Shown: one piece after another, positions 1 through 9,730 of the stretch
Position numbering within the stretch: position 1 is the first letter of the stretch
Layout: every line of letters starts with the position of its first letter
NCBI GenBank assembly: GCA_002070905.1
Contig: MWEF01000005.1
Coordinates: 1,412 to 65,411, forward strand
Direction of reading: 5' to 3'
Source of the DNA: Tenericutes bacterium ADurb.Bin087
Lineage (GTDB): Bacteria > Bacillota_I > Bacilli_A > RFN20 > CAG-826
Length of the DNA stretch: 64,000 nucleotides
Made by a program: the position numbers and the translations under genes
Notes under the pieces: generated by a model
Told to the model about the DNA's origin: nothing
The model's input: the letters and a program-made list of their open reading frames with translations, nothing else
Databases searched by the model: none

Positions 1-1033
1 ATGTTGTGGTTAACCCTAACCGCATAAATAAATCTTTAAGCGCTAGGATACCGTTTTTTGCGTTCGTATCTATATCTTTATCGTGCAGATGAAATACTAC
101 ACGTGCAAAACGATCAAGTTTCGCTTTTAATTCTTCAAAATAGACAAAAAGCCAGGCGGGATAAAGCACCGCTAACCCGTGGCCATGGGCAATACTTGGA
201 TAAAGTGCGCTAAGTGCATGTTCTAAAGTATGCACCACTAAGTTTGCTTTCTTGCCCATACTCGTTACATCGTTATGACTAAAGGTGCTCGTTAGCATTA
301 AATTCGCCCGCGCTACTTCGTCAAGCGGATTAGCAATTAATGTTTCTGCACATTCACGCAACGTAATGAATATTGCTTCGGCGAAACGGTCCGCAAGCTC
401 AATCCTTTCGCTTTGATTAAAATAACGTTCAAGTGAATGCATAAATGTATCAACAATACCGACCGCTGTTTGATACATCGATAAGCTATATGTTAATTCT
501 GGATTCGTAATAGCAAATATTGGCCGCACTAAATCGGTTCTAAACCCTTGTTTAAAGTTTGTCGCTGAATCACTAATCACACAGCTTGCCGACATTTCAC
601 TACCCGCGGAAGCGTGTGTTAAAATCACACCAAGTGGTAATGCTTTCTTTGGTTTAACGCTGCGTCTACTAAAATCTAACGCGTCACCTTCATAATAAAA
701 ATTCACCGCTAACGACTTAGCAACGTCAATAACACTACCGCCACCAACCGCTAAAATAAGGTCAACCCCGTATTCTTTAGCGATGGCTTTCGCTTCACGC
801 ACGTACTTTACTTCTGGATTCGGTGTTATCCCGCCATAGAGTACATAATCAATCCCTTCGTCATCAAGCGCAGTGGTAACAACTTCTAAAAGTCCGCTTC
901 TAATCGCATATTTTTCACCATAAAGAATAATTACATTCTTTTTACCGTAACGCTTAATAACTGTGCCTGCTTCTTTATGACGGCTATTGCCGAAAATAAG
1001 TTCGGTTTGAATCTTTAAATTAAAACTATGCAT
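1..1033 (-). CDS. iron-containing (group III) alcohol dehydrogenase; C-terminus cut off by the window start
   Basis: Not in the ORF track because it runs off the edge. My translation of the minus strand from ATG 1033-1031 reads MHSFNLKIQTELIFGNSRHKEAGTVIKRYGKK...LILAVGGGSVIDVAKS...HTLEHALSALYPSIAHGHGLAVLYP. The GGGSxxD and His-rich metal-site motifs fit the Fe-ADH/butanol dehydrogenase family. The start overlaps the stop of the upstream TetR gene by 8 nt. Confidence 0.8.
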   Translation of the reverse strand, partial: MHSFNLKIQTELIFGNSRHKEAGTVIKRYGKKNVIILYGEKYAIRSGLLEVVTTALDDEGIDYVLYGGITPNPEVKYVREAKAIAKEYGVDLILAVGGGSVIDVAKSLAVNFYYEGDALDFSRRSVKPKKALPLGVILTHASAGSEMSASCVISDSATNFKQGFRTDLVRPIFAITNPELTYSLSMYQTAVGIVDTFMHSLERYFNQSERIELADRFAEAIFITLRECAETLIANPLDEVARANLMLTSTFSHNDVTSMGKKANLVVHTLEHALSALYPSIAHGHGLAVLYPAWLFVYFEELKAKLDRFARVVFHLHDKDIDTNAKNGILALKDLFMRLGLTTT

Positions 1034-1571
1034 AACCTCTCCCTTTATAATTAATGGCATCAAGCGGGAAATCGTTAAAGAAGGTCACTAAATTCATCAC
1101 AAATTCATGTTCGGGGAATAAGTATTCGCCTTCAATCCATGAAATGACACTACTGGCAATGCCTGCACCGTACACTCTCGCCAATAATTTCCGCTCGTTT
1201 AATGTTAATTTTTCAAACGGGTCCTTTTTATTAATATAAGTTAAGCACACATTATATAAATAGTTAAACAAAAACTCTCGCACTAAATCTTTTGCCGCGC
1301 TTGCTAATGTGTTTTCAATCAGTGCTTCATTATGTTTTACGTAACGAAGTACAATAAAGATTGCTTCTTCTAATTCATCATTAGATGGTTTTTCTATTTC
1401 TTCATTTAAAAACACCCACGTTAATAAATCATAAATATTCCGAAAATGATAATAAAAGGTTTGGCGATTAACTTTACAGTCTTGGGTAATATTAATCACA
1501 CTGATATCGTCAAGCGCTTTACTCGCCATAAACTTTTTCAAAGAAGTGCCTAACCGTGCTTTAGTCTTCAT
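1026..1571 (-). CDS. TetR/AcrR-family transcriptional regulator (DhaS-like)
   Basis: The N-terminal HTH region ALDDISVINITQDCKVNRQTFYYHFRNIYDLLTWVF resembles TetR-family, DhaS-type regulators. I prefer the internal start MKTKARLG (ATG at 1571), because the 193-aa ORF-track start would overlap psuG by 47 nt. Confidence 0.7.
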   Translation of the reverse strand: MKTKARLGTSLKKFMASKALDDISVINITQDCKVNRQTFYYHFRNIYDLLTWVFLNEEIEKPSNDELEEAIFIVLRYVKHNEALIENTLASAAKDLVREFLFNYLYNVCLTYINKKDPFEKLTLNERKLLARVYGAGIASSVISWIEGEYLFPEHEFVMNLVTFFNDFPLDAINYKGRGYA

Positions 1572-2478
1572 ATAACTCCCGACAAATATGTTTAGCAATT
1601 GAGGCACCTAATTTAGCGTTATTAATGATTAGGGCTTCGTTTGCTATTTGGCTCTTTCCTTTTGTTAATTCATTTATTCTAGAAAGGAGATATGGTGTTT
1701 CTTCCTTTCCTTTAACACCTACTTTTTTCATATCGTCAATTGCTTCGTCAATAACTTTCTCAATGTCTTTATAAGGCATCGCTTCTTCTTTGGGAATTGG
1801 ATTAACAACTAAGATTCCGCTTTCTAGGCCTAATGCATGACTAGCGTTAATAATGGAAGCAATTTCGCTTGAAGTATCAACACGATACAAAACGTTTAAT
1901 GAGGGACTTGTTGTGTAAAATACTGGCATTTTGTCGGTTTTATAACCTAAAACAGGGACACCTTTTGTTTCTAAATACTCAAGTGTTTTTTCAATATCTA
2001 GAATTGCTTTTGGACCCGCGCACACTACGGCAATATTTGTTCTTGCAAGTTCATCAAGATCACTCGAAATATCAAATGATTCACTAGCGCCGCGGTGCAC
2101 CCCGCCAACACCACCAGTGACAAACACTTTGATACCAACTTTTGCCGCGATAACCATCGTGGCCGCTACTGTTGTTGCGCCCCACTTCTTTGTCGCCATA
2201 GCGTAACCTAAATCGCGACGTGATACTTTAAGGACGTCTTTGCGTTGTCCAAGTTCTTCAATTTCATCTTCATCTAATCCCACAACGACGTCGCCACCAA
2301 TGATGGCAATTGTTGCAGGAAGTGCCCCGTTAGCGCGGACTATTTCTTCAACTTTAATTGCTATTTCCACGTTTTGCGGATAAGGCATTCCGTGACTTAT
2401 AATTGTTGATTCAAGCGCTACAACTGGTAAATTGTTTGCTAAAGCATACGCTACTTCTTGACTAATACGTATTTTCAT
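1561..2478 (-). CDS. psuG: pseudouridine-5'-phosphate glycosidase
   Basis: 305 aa. PVVALESTIISHGMPYPQN, ATIAIIGG, KVSRRDL, GATTVAATM, VFVTGGVGGVHRGA and FDISSDL are colinear with E. coli YeiN/PsuG as I recall it. Confidence 0.92.
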   Translation of the reverse strand: MKIRISQEVAYALANNLPVVALESTIISHGMPYPQNVEIAIKVEEIVRANGALPATIAIIGGDVVVGLDEDEIEELGQRKDVLKVSRRDLGYAMATKKWGATTVAATMVIAAKVGIKVFVTGGVGGVHRGASESFDISSDLDELARTNIAVVCAGPKAILDIEKTLEYLETKGVPVLGYKTDKMPVFYTTSPSLNVLYRVDTSSEIASIINASHALGLESGILVVNPIPKEEAMPYKDIEKVIDEAIDDMKKVGVKGKEETPYLLSRINELTKGKSQIANEALIINNAKLGASIAKHICRELYED

Positions 2479-4968
2479 TTATGATTCCCTCCTTAATTTC
2501 TTGACAATTTTATTATCTACTAATACGTAAATTATTGTAAGTATTAAATTAATTGGTACTAATATTGCGTAATGAATTGGTTCTAAACTTGCAATATTTA
2601 TTTCTAAAAAATATTTCTCAGTAAACGTTATACCAACTGTGTTATCAAGGACAACCGCGCCAATTGCTAAAAAGGTTAATATTAAGAACAATGTCAATCG
2701 ATAACGATTAAATGGTAATGAGTTGCGATATAAAATGACAAACGACAAAAAGGTAATGGTGAGAATAGACATTGTAATCATCTCGACTGATGTGTCGCTA
2801 ATTGCTGCCCCAAACATCTCACCAAAATTTTTACTGATGTAAAGTAAGAACGCTCCTGCGACCATCAAGAGCCCTGCAGGCACACTACGACTGATGACGT
2901 TATCCATAAATGTTCCGCGAACTCTTTCTTTGTTTGGTTGCATTGACAAGAAGAAAGCAGGCATACCAAGTGATAATAATTCCCATAAGTAGAGGTGTTT
3001 AGGTTCAAATGGATATCTAATTCCTGATCCTTTTGGTCCTAATAGTCCAGCGGTTACAAACATAAACGAGAAAAGAATAGCAAAGAGTGTTTTAACAAGG
3101 AATAGTGACCATGTCTTTTGTAAGTTATTAATTGCCCTTCGTCCTTCATCCACAATTGAAGGCAAAACATCAAAATTATTATCAAGTAGCACTAAATGGC
3201 TGACCCCGCGCGCTGCAGGACTACCAGCGCCCATCGCAATTGAACATTGTGCAGCTTTAAGCGCTAATACGTCATTAACACCATCACCAATCATCGCTAC
3301 GACTTTACCATCACTCTGTAACTTAGTAATAATTCCTTCTTTTTGTTCTGGTTTAACGCGCCCATAAATCGTAAAGTCTTCGAGTGAATGATGACTTGGA
3401 TCGTCGATTTTAGAAAAATCTAATATATTTTCAGCATTATTAATCCCAACTTGGCGCGCTATTTCACTAACACTAATTGGATCATCACCCGAAATAATTT
3501 TTACTTCAACGCCCGCGTCTTGGAAGAGCTTAATGACTTCTCCCGCTTCAGCGCGAATATTATCTTGAATAACAATTAGCGCTAATGGCGCCATATCAAT
3601 TGGTAGTTTATTAGCAATAAATGGTTTGCGCGATGATGCAAGCACAAGCACACGTAACCCGCGTTCTAGATATATGCTTTCAATTTTTTCGATTTGGTCT
3701 TTTGCTTTAGGACCAAGCACCATGCTTGATGCACCGATGATATATGTTTTCCCTTCTAAAATAGCCCCGCTACATTTCGACTCACTATTAAATGGTAATA
3801 CTTTTGTGTATTCCATATATTTCCGCGCTTTAAAATGATTCCTTAACGCCACCGCTGTAGCGTTTTCATCTTTTGTTGCGTTTAAAACCGAAGCAACGAC
3901 AACATTAAGATTAATATCTTTTGCGCCTTTCAAGGGCACTACTTCATTTACTTTCATTGTTCCGTCAGTGATCGTTCCTGTTTTATCTAAACAAAGGACA
4001 TTAACTCGCGCGAGCATTTCAATTGAATACATTTCGTTAACAAGTGTCTTCTTCGCACCAAGTCGCACAACACCGACCGCCAGCGTCATACTCGTTAATA
4101 AATACATCCCTGTGGGAATCATCGCGACAAGTGAACCAGCGATAGAGCGCACACTATCTTCAAAGGTTGATCCTTGATAAAAAGCATTAAACACTAACAG
4201 TAATGTCATAGCAATCACTATAAAACCAATCACTTTAAACAACGAATTAATTGAGTTTAATAATTCTGAGGTTGGACGTTTAAATACTTTTGCGCGCAGT
4301 TGTAACTTTTGAGCATAACCTAATTTACCAATTGTATCGACGATATAGTAACAAGTTCCGGTTGTGACAAAAGATCCCGACAAAACGCGGTCATCTTTCC
4401 GTTTATGAATAATATTTGGTTCGCCTGTTAATAGTGATTCATTAACACCAACTGCCCCATGGACAACAACACCATCCGCGGCAATTTGATCACCTAATTT
4501 CAATTTAATAATGTCGTCTAACACTACATCTTCGGCCGGGATTTGTATTTCAATGCTATCACGGACAACAGTAACTTTTTGTTCATTAATAATTAACAAT
4601 TTTTTTAATGTTTTACGTGCGCGGAAGTCTTGAATAAGTCCAATCAAAATATTTGAGAAGAGAATGACAAGAAATAATAAGCTCTGCCATTCTTTAATAT
4701 AAATAAGCGCTGCCCCAATCGCGTAGAGTAACACGTTAAAGAAGGAAAAGAAATTACGCATCAAAATTGAAAAGATTGACTTTACACCTTTATTTGGTTT
4801 TTCATTCGTCATCTTTGCCGCTTTTCGGGCATTAACTTGCTGAGTACTTAGACCTTCGTCATAATTTGGACTATAGCGAATAACTTCATCAACTTTGATT
4901 TCGCTTTTTTTAATGATTGTTGTCGCCGTGCCCGGTCTTTTTTTCTTTTCTCTAACAAATTCCTCCAT
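2479..4968 (-). CDS. cation-transporting P-type ATPase (E1-E2, HAD superfamily)
   Basis: 829 aa with TGEP (LLTGEPNI), the phosphorylation motif CLDKTGTITDG, the hinge motif MIGDGVNDVLALKAAQCSIAMG, and multiple TM helices at both ends. Ion specificity cannot be called from sequence alone. Confidence 0.9.
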   Translation of the reverse strand: MEEFVREKKKRPGTATTIIKKSEIKVDEVIRYSPNYDEGLSTQQVNARKAAKMTNEKPNKGVKSIFSILMRNFFSFFNVLLYAIGAALIYIKEWQSLLFLVILFSNILIGLIQDFRARKTLKKLLIINEQKVTVVRDSIEIQIPAEDVVLDDIIKLKLGDQIAADGVVVHGAVGVNESLLTGEPNIIHKRKDDRVLSGSFVTTGTCYYIVDTIGKLGYAQKLQLRAKVFKRPTSELLNSINSLFKVIGFIVIAMTLLLVFNAFYQGSTFEDSVRSIAGSLVAMIPTGMYLLTSMTLAVGVVRLGAKKTLVNEMYSIEMLARVNVLCLDKTGTITDGTMKVNEVVPLKGAKDINLNVVVASVLNATKDENATAVALRNHFKARKYMEYTKVLPFNSESKCSGAILEGKTYIIGASSMVLGPKAKDQIEKIESIYLERGLRVLVLASSRKPFIANKLPIDMAPLALIVIQDNIRAEAGEVIKLFQDAGVEVKIISGDDPISVSEIARQVGINNAENILDFSKIDDPSHHSLEDFTIYGRVKPEQKEGIITKLQSDGKVVAMIGDGVNDVLALKAAQCSIAMGAGSPAARGVSHLVLLDNNFDVLPSIVDEGRRAINNLQKTWSLFLVKTLFAILFSFMFVTAGLLGPKGSGIRYPFEPKHLYLWELLSLGMPAFFLSMQPNKERVRGTFMDNVISRSVPAGLLMVAGAFLLYISKNFGEMFGAAISDTSVEMITMSILTITFLSFVILYRNSLPFNRYRLTLFLILTFLAIGAVVLDNTVGITFTEKYFLEINIASLEPIHYAILVPINLILTIIYVLVDNKIVKKLRRES

Positions 4969-4987
4969 AATGCGTCCTTTCTATTCG

Positions 4988-7540
4988 CTATTCAGTGCGA
5001 AGTGCTACAACTGGATCTTTGTTTGCTGCAATCTTACTTGGAATAAGGCCAGCGGTGACTGTTAACAAGATATTAAACACAATAAGCGCAACAGCGGCAA
5101 GTGGGGCTAAAAACGCTATTTGCCCAATATTTTGTTCGGGGAATAAATTATTAAGAATCAGGTTAATCGGTAACGAAAGCAAATATGTTGTTCCAACCCC
5201 AATTATCCCCGCGAGCAGACCAATAATAAACGTTTCAGCGTTAAAGAGCCTGGATATATCTTTTTTTCGTGCACCAATAGCGCGCAGTATCCCTATTTCT
5301 TTTGTTCTTTCAATCACACTAACGTAAGTAATAATTCCAATTAAGAAGCCTGAAACAACTAGGGAGATACTTGTAAATACAATTAATACGATAGAAACAA
5401 TATCCACCATTGTTCCAAGCGAATCAGTTATAAATTCCACAGCATCAAAAATAACAATTTTATCTTTCTCGTCTGTACGAATGTTATTATATTCATCAAT
5501 CCGCGCTTTAATTTGTTTTTTAGTCTCGCTATCTTTAGCAAAAATCGCTATCGACTCAACTGGTGAATACGTTGCATTTAAAAATTCGGTGAGGAGTGTT
5601 TCATAAATGGTGTTCTCCGTGCTGATATCAGTAAAATCAACGCCATAGATTTTTAAATTGCTTAAATACTTATCAACACGAATTGTTGTTGGTGTTAGTG
5701 GTTTTGCCCCCGACCAATCAGTAGCAGCATTATAAAACTCTATTGCCGTCGTAATATTTTCGGCCGTAACATTTGGGTTCCGAATTACAATATTATTCAC
5801 TTGCGCTTTAGCAATATCGTTATGCTTATTTGTGTCATGCATATATTGATTTAATGCTTGTGTATAGACCATTCCTGGCGCTAACATTTCAAACTTAATT
5901 TCAGGTTTGGGCCGCAAAATGCCAGTAATTTTAAGCATTTCACCAACTGCGGGGTCATCATATAATTGTTGCGGATTTTGGAAGCGATATTTTTCAATTG
6001 TCCGTGCGTTCCCCATGAAATCTGTCACAACATAATCATCAATATTGCCTGGTGCTTTCTTATATATTTCGTTATTATGGACCATTTTAAATTCAAGCCC
6101 AATAATATCATCAAAATTTAATTTTTCCAGCGTAGCAGAATTATCAACAATCCCCATCCGTTCTAAAGCTTGAACCGAAATTCTATTATACTTATCAAGC
6201 ACAAACATAATTTCATTACGTTCGGTCGCAAATTTAGAATCCTTCCCGATTACATCATAAAATTCTGTAATATAGGCTTCATCGCCTGGCAGTTGTGTAA
6301 ATACCCCAAATGGTAGCGGAGTCACGCTTACGTAATAAGGCCATTGTACCGTTCTAGCACTATCAGTGGGAGGTTTCGCTAAAATTTGCATTTGGGTTGG
6401 ATAGTTAACCATCGTACTCGATGCAAGTCCATCTTTTTTCAACCCGTCCACTAAATCTAAGAATTCTGAAGTAATGCGATTATTTGTAATTGTTATACGT
6501 GTCGTTTGATTATCATTCTCGTTATAAACAATAATTTCTTCGCCTTCAGGATATTCCGTTGTTTTATCGGGGCGCTTGATACCAGCTTGCATGTCCATTG
6601 TTTGCGCAAAAACGGCAATTGGATAATTTGCCATGGTGTCGCGTTCTAAACGATTGATATAATTTTGGAATCCGTTACTTACCGCCGCCACTAGTCCGAT
6701 GCCAATTATTCCTAACGATCCCGCGAGGGCTGTAAGCACAGTTCGCCCTTTTTTCGTTAAGATGTTTTTGTAACTATTTTTAAGGGCAGTTACAAAGGAC
6801 ATTGCTGTACCTTTATTTTTTTCCATTTCTGTTGGTTCTTTTATTTGGCGTTTCTTCTTTCCTTGTTCTTCATCAGTGTCACTAATAATTCTGCCATCTA
6901 ACATTCGAATAATCCGGTCGCTAAAACGTTTAGCAATATCTTCGTTATGCGTAACCATAATAACAAGTCGTGTTTTACTAATTTCTTTAAGAATATTAAT
7001 TACTTGATCGCTTGTTTTACTATCTAATGCGCCAGTTGGTTCATCCGCTAAAACGATTGATGGGTCATTAACAAGCGCGCGGGCGATTGCTACTCTTTGG
7101 AGCTGACCGCCGGAAAGTTGATTTGGTTTTTTATATAATTCACTCTCAAGGTCAACACTAAGTAATGCTTGTTTTGCTTTTTCGCGCCGCTCTGCACTTC
7201 CCATACCAGAAAGTGTTAAAGAAATTTCGACGTTTTCAATTACGCTTAAATGCGGAATTAAATTATAGCTTTGGAACACAAACCCGACACGATGGTTACG
7301 ATAAGCATCCCAATCTTTATCTTTAAATTCTTTTGTCGATTTACCTTCAATGATTAAATCACCCGATGTATATTTATCAAGACCACCAATTAGGTTTAAT
7401 AGTGTTGTTTTACCACAGCCTGATGGACCTAAAATTGTCACAAATTGTTGTTTCGGAAAAGTAAGGTTTAATCCTTTTAAAACATGCAGCGGCTTTTTGG
7501 CTACATAATAATCTTTATAAATATCTTTGAGGACAAGCAT
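4988..7540 (-). CDS. fused ABC transporter: ATP-binding domain plus MacB/FtsX-type permease with a large extracytoplasmic domain
   Basis: 850 aa. The N-terminus has Walker [10 protein letters not shown], signature [15 protein letters not shown] and Walker B VLADEPT. One TM helix follows at about aa 265-290, then a roughly 400-aa soluble domain. The C-terminus is an FtsX-type module ([19 protein letters not shown] plus 3 TM). Confidence 0.85.
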   Translation of the reverse strand: MLVLKDIYKDYYVAKKPLHVLKGLNLTFPKQQFVTILGPSGCGKTTLLNLIGGLDKYTSGDLIIEGKSTKEFKDKDWDAYRNHRVGFVFQSYNLIPHLSVIENVEISLTLSGMGSAERREKAKQALLSVDLESELYKKPNQLSGGQLQRVAIARALVNDPSIVLADEPTGALDSKTSDQVINILKEISKTRLVIMVTHNEDIAKRFSDRIIRMLDGRIISDTDEEQGKKKRQIKEPTEMEKNKGTAMSFVTALKNSYKNILTKKGRTVLTALAGSLGIIGIGLVAAVSNGFQNYINRLERDTMANYPIAVFAQTMDMQAGIKRPDKTTEYPEGEEIIVYNENDNQTTRITITNNRITSEFLDLVDGLKKDGLASSTMVNYPTQMQILAKPPTDSARTVQWPYYVSVTPLPFGVFTQLPGDEAYITEFYDVIGKDSKFATERNEIMFVLDKYNRISVQALERMGIVDNSATLEKLNFDDIIGLEFKMVHNNEIYKKAPGNIDDYVVTDFMGNARTIEKYRFQNPQQLYDDPAVGEMLKITGILRPKPEIKFEMLAPGMVYTQALNQYMHDTNKHNDIAKAQVNNIVIRNPNVTAENITTAIEFYNAATDWSGAKPLTPTTIRVDKYLSNLKIYGVDFTDISTENTIYETLLTEFLNATYSPVESIAIFAKDSETKKQIKARIDEYNNIRTDEKDKIVIFDAVEFITDSLGTMVDIVSIVLIVFTSISLVVSGFLIGIITYVSVIERTKEIGILRAIGARKKDISRLFNAETFIIGLLAGIIGVGTTYLLSLPINLILNNLFPEQNIGQIAFLAPLAAVALIVFNILLTVTAGLIPSKIAANKDPVVALRTE

Positions 7541-7627
7541 AAATATCTCCTTTCGGATTTTACTTTATACATTGTCTAACTTTTTATTTATCTTTTCAAG
7601 ATAAAGACATTATTATTTACATTATAT

Positions 7628-8083
7628 TTATAATTGGCGTTTCTTGCGGAAAAAGGTCTGAATTAGTTCCTTACATTCACTAGCGAGCACCCCACTTTTT
7701 ATTTCAGGAACATGGTTAACTATTTTTTCATCAAAAAGATTAAATATTTCGCCCATCGCTCCACCTTTTGGATCACTCGTGCCATACACAACTTTTTTTA
7801 AGCGACTCCACATTATTGCGCCCGCACACATTGCGCATGGTTCAACGGTAACATAGAGTTCACAATTGATGAGCCGCCAATTATTAAGTTTTTTACTTGC
7901 CTTACGGATGGCAATCATTTCAGCGTGACCAAGCGGATCATTATTAATTTCACGCTTATTAAAACCTCTAGCAATGACTTTACCATCACATACGACAACT
8001 GCTCCAACTGGCACTTCATCAATTGCCGCAGCTTTATGCGCTTCTTTAAGCGCTAGCTTCATATATTTTTCTTCTTTATTCAT
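7628..8083 (-). CDS. tadA: tRNA adenosine(34) deaminase
   Basis: 151 aa with CMP/dCMP deaminase zinc motifs HAEMIAI and PCAMCAGA, plus DEVPVGAVVV. There is no clear SD before either candidate start (8083, or the MKLALKEA start 21 nt downstream). Confidence 0.9.
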   Translation of the reverse strand: MNKEEKYMKLALKEAHKAAAIDEVPVGAVVVCDGKVIARGFNKREINNDPLGHAEMIAIRKASKKLNNWRLINCELYVTVEPCAMCAGAIMWSRLKKVVYGTSDPKGGAMGEIFNLFDEKIVNHVPEIKSGVLASECKELIQTFFRKKRQL

Positions 8084-8096
8084 CTTTTAAATTTAA

Positions 8097-8181
8097 AAAC
8101 CACCGCACATGATTAAGTAATCTTAAGGCTGCTACGTTCCCGTCCTGACCTGGTTCGAAGAATAACCATCGCGATGGCACC
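8097..8181 (-). ncRNA. ffs: small (4.5S-type) signal recognition particle RNA
   Basis: The minus-strand read is GGUGCCAUCGCGAUGGUUAUUCUUCGAACCAGGUCAGGACGGGAACGUAGCAGCCUUAAGAUUACUUAAUCAUGUGCGGUGGUUUUU. The core ACCAGGUCAGGnCnGGAAnGnAGCAGCC matches conserved SRP RNA domain IV. The 5' CCAUCGC pairs with the 3' GCGGUGG, and the RNA ends in a U-run. Ends are approximate. Confidence 0.8.
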
Positions 8182-8184
8182 TTC

Positions 8185-8213
8185 ATTATAGCAACTACGC
8201 GTTAGGATGTAAA
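8185..8213 (-). promoter_or_regulatory. sigma-A-type promoter for ffs (-35 TTTACA, 17-nt spacer, -10 TATAAT)
   Basis: Minus-strand TTTACA lies at 8213-8208 and TATAAT at 8190-8185. The -35 element sits inside the last codons of serS. Confidence 0.65.
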
Positions 8214-9472
8214 ACTTTTGCGCCCACAAACGCTTGTAACACTTCGGGAACTAACACACTGCCGTCCGCTTGTTGGAATTGCTCCACAATTGCTGGGATT
8301 AAACGTGAAGTTGCTAACCCTGACCCGTTTAATGTGTGTAAATACTTCACAACATTCGTTTCTTTATCACGATAACGTGCCATTCCGCGTCGCGCTTGAT
8401 AGTCTCTAGCGTTACTAACACTACTTACTTCTTTATAAATACCCATTGACGGAATATATACTTCAATATCATAAGTTCTTGCCATTGAATGGGAACAATC
8501 GCCTGCAGCAAGTTTACTAATTTGGAAATGTAAGCCTAACTTTTCCACGAGTCCTGCAGCGTGCTTGACCATTTCTTCAAATGCCTTTGGTGAATTCTCG
8601 GCTTTAGTGTATTGGAAAATTTCAACTTTATTAAACTGATAACCGCGAATCATCCCGCGCTCTTCAGTGCGATAACTACCGGCTTCACTACGATAACATG
8701 GCGTATATGAAAAATATTTCTTAGGTAACTCTTCTGCCTTTAAAATTTCATCACGATGGAAATTAACGAGCGCTGTTTCTGATGTTGGTAGTAAAAACTT
8801 CCGCGGCTCTGTGCCTTCTAACCAGAAGACATCTGCTTTAAATTTGGGAAACTGGCCCGCAGTAAAACCACTTTCATAATTTAATAAGTGCGGTGGTAAT
8901 ATCATGTCGTATCCCGCTTTTAAATGCTCACTAATAAAGAAATTTAACAGTGCCCATTCAAGGAGTGCACCCGCTTTTGTGTAAATCCATGTCCCACTCC
9001 CTGAAATTTTAGCCGCTCTTTTATAATCGATAAGCCCCAAAGTTTCACAGAGTTCAACATGATCTTTAACTCGGAAGTTAAATTGTGGTTGTTTGCCAAA
9101 AGTATAAACGACTTTGTTATTTTCTTTGGCACCAGGAAGCAAGTCTTCATCAGGTAAATTTGGTAATTCCGCGAGTAAATTAAAGACTTCGTCATCAAGT
9201 ATTTTTAATTCTTTTTCTTTGGCTTCGTTTTCCGCTTTTAGTGCTTTTACTTCGGCAAAAACAGACTCAATATCGCCTCCAGCCTTTTTAACAACTGGTA
9301 CACTAGCGCTTAATTTGTTGAGTTTTGCTTTTGTTTCTTCAACTTCAACACGAAGTTTACGTCGCTTTTCATCGCGCGATAAAATCGGTTCTGAATCAAA
9401 ATCCCAACCCTTTCTTGCAAGTAAAGTTTTTACCTTCGCGGCCTCATTTCTAATTAAATTAATATCTAACAT
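8195..9472 (-). CDS. serS: seryl-tRNA synthetase
   Basis: 425 aa with an N-terminal coiled-coil arm and a class II core (FRDEI-like HRDEILKAEELP, TPCYRSEAGS, GSGLATSR). It is preceded by a T-box leader and an AAAGGAG RBS. Confidence 0.95.
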   Translation of the reverse strand: MLDINLIRNEAAKVKTLLARKGWDFDSEPILSRDEKRRKLRVEVEETKAKLNKLSASVPVVKKAGGDIESVFAEVKALKAENEAKEKELKILDDEVFNLLAELPNLPDEDLLPGAKENNKVVYTFGKQPQFNFRVKDHVELCETLGLIDYKRAAKISGSGTWIYTKAGALLEWALLNFFISEHLKAGYDMILPPHLLNYESGFTAGQFPKFKADVFWLEGTEPRKFLLPTSETALVNFHRDEILKAEELPKKYFSYTPCYRSEAGSYRTEERGMIRGYQFNKVEIFQYTKAENSPKAFEEMVKHAAGLVEKLGLHFQISKLAAGDCSHSMARTYDIEVYIPSMGIYKEVSSVSNARDYQARRGMARYRDKETNVVKYLHTLNGSGLATSRLIPAIVEQFQQADGSVLVPEVLQAFVGAKVLHPNA

Positions 9473-9479
9473 AATGCAC

Positions 9480-9703
9480 GCTCCTTTCTTAAATAAAATA
9501 AAACGCCCTTGTTTAGGACGTCTTTAACGTGGTGCCACCTAAGTTTGATACACGGATGTATTCTCATTATTGTCTTAACGCGACAAACGAAGCGGTTAGG
9601 CTTTTGTTCTCCGAGGTGGAATTCATAACTCTTAACTTCTCGCTTTTTCACTATCAGCGAGTCACTGTGAAGCTGTGAATTATTACTAGTCTCTTCACCG
9701 AAC
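9480..9703 (-). promoter_or_regulatory. T-box riboswitch leader (tRNA-Ser sensing) of serS
   Basis: The minus strand carries a Stem I GA/K-turn region (GGUGAAGAGACUAGUA), an AG-bay-like AGUGA, the distal loop GAUAGUGAAA, the specifier loop GAAU-UCC-A (UCC at 9620-9618), and the T-box sequence UAGGUGGCACCACG (about 9541-9528) ahead of the terminator. The distal loop closely resembles the glyQS T-box as I recall it. Confidence 0.85.
9488..9523 (-). terminator. T-box leader terminator (attenuator) upstream of serS
   Basis: The minus-strand hairpin is ACGUCCU-AAACA-AGGGCGU (one G-U pair), followed by UUUUAUUUUAUUU. It lies immediately 3' of the T-box sequence. Confidence 0.7.
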
Positions 9704-9709
9704 ACATTT

Positions 9710-9718
9710 ATTTTATCA
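9710..9718 (-). promoter_or_regulatory. extended -10 promoter (TGaTAAAAT) for the serS T-box leader
   Basis: Plus-strand attttatca at 9710-9718 reads TGATAAAAT on the minus strand. I found no good -35. Confidence 0.45.
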
Positions 9719-9730
9719 AGTTTTAACGTA

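Noticed and set aside
7587-7605. AT-only hairpin UUUAUCUU-N3-AAGAUAAA between tadA and the MacB-like gene, considered as a terminator
   Set aside because: The stem has a single G-C pair, and on the transcribed (minus) strand it is followed by an A-run rather than a U-run. It is unlikely to terminate.
9114-9527. 137-aa plus-strand ORF antisense to serS (Ser/Phe-rich, low complexity)
   Set aside because: It lies entirely within the well-supported serS gene and T-box on the opposite strand. Its composition (SSSGKFGNSASKLKTSSSS...) is what antisense reading of Lys/Glu-rich AT-rich coding DNA produces. It has no RBS.
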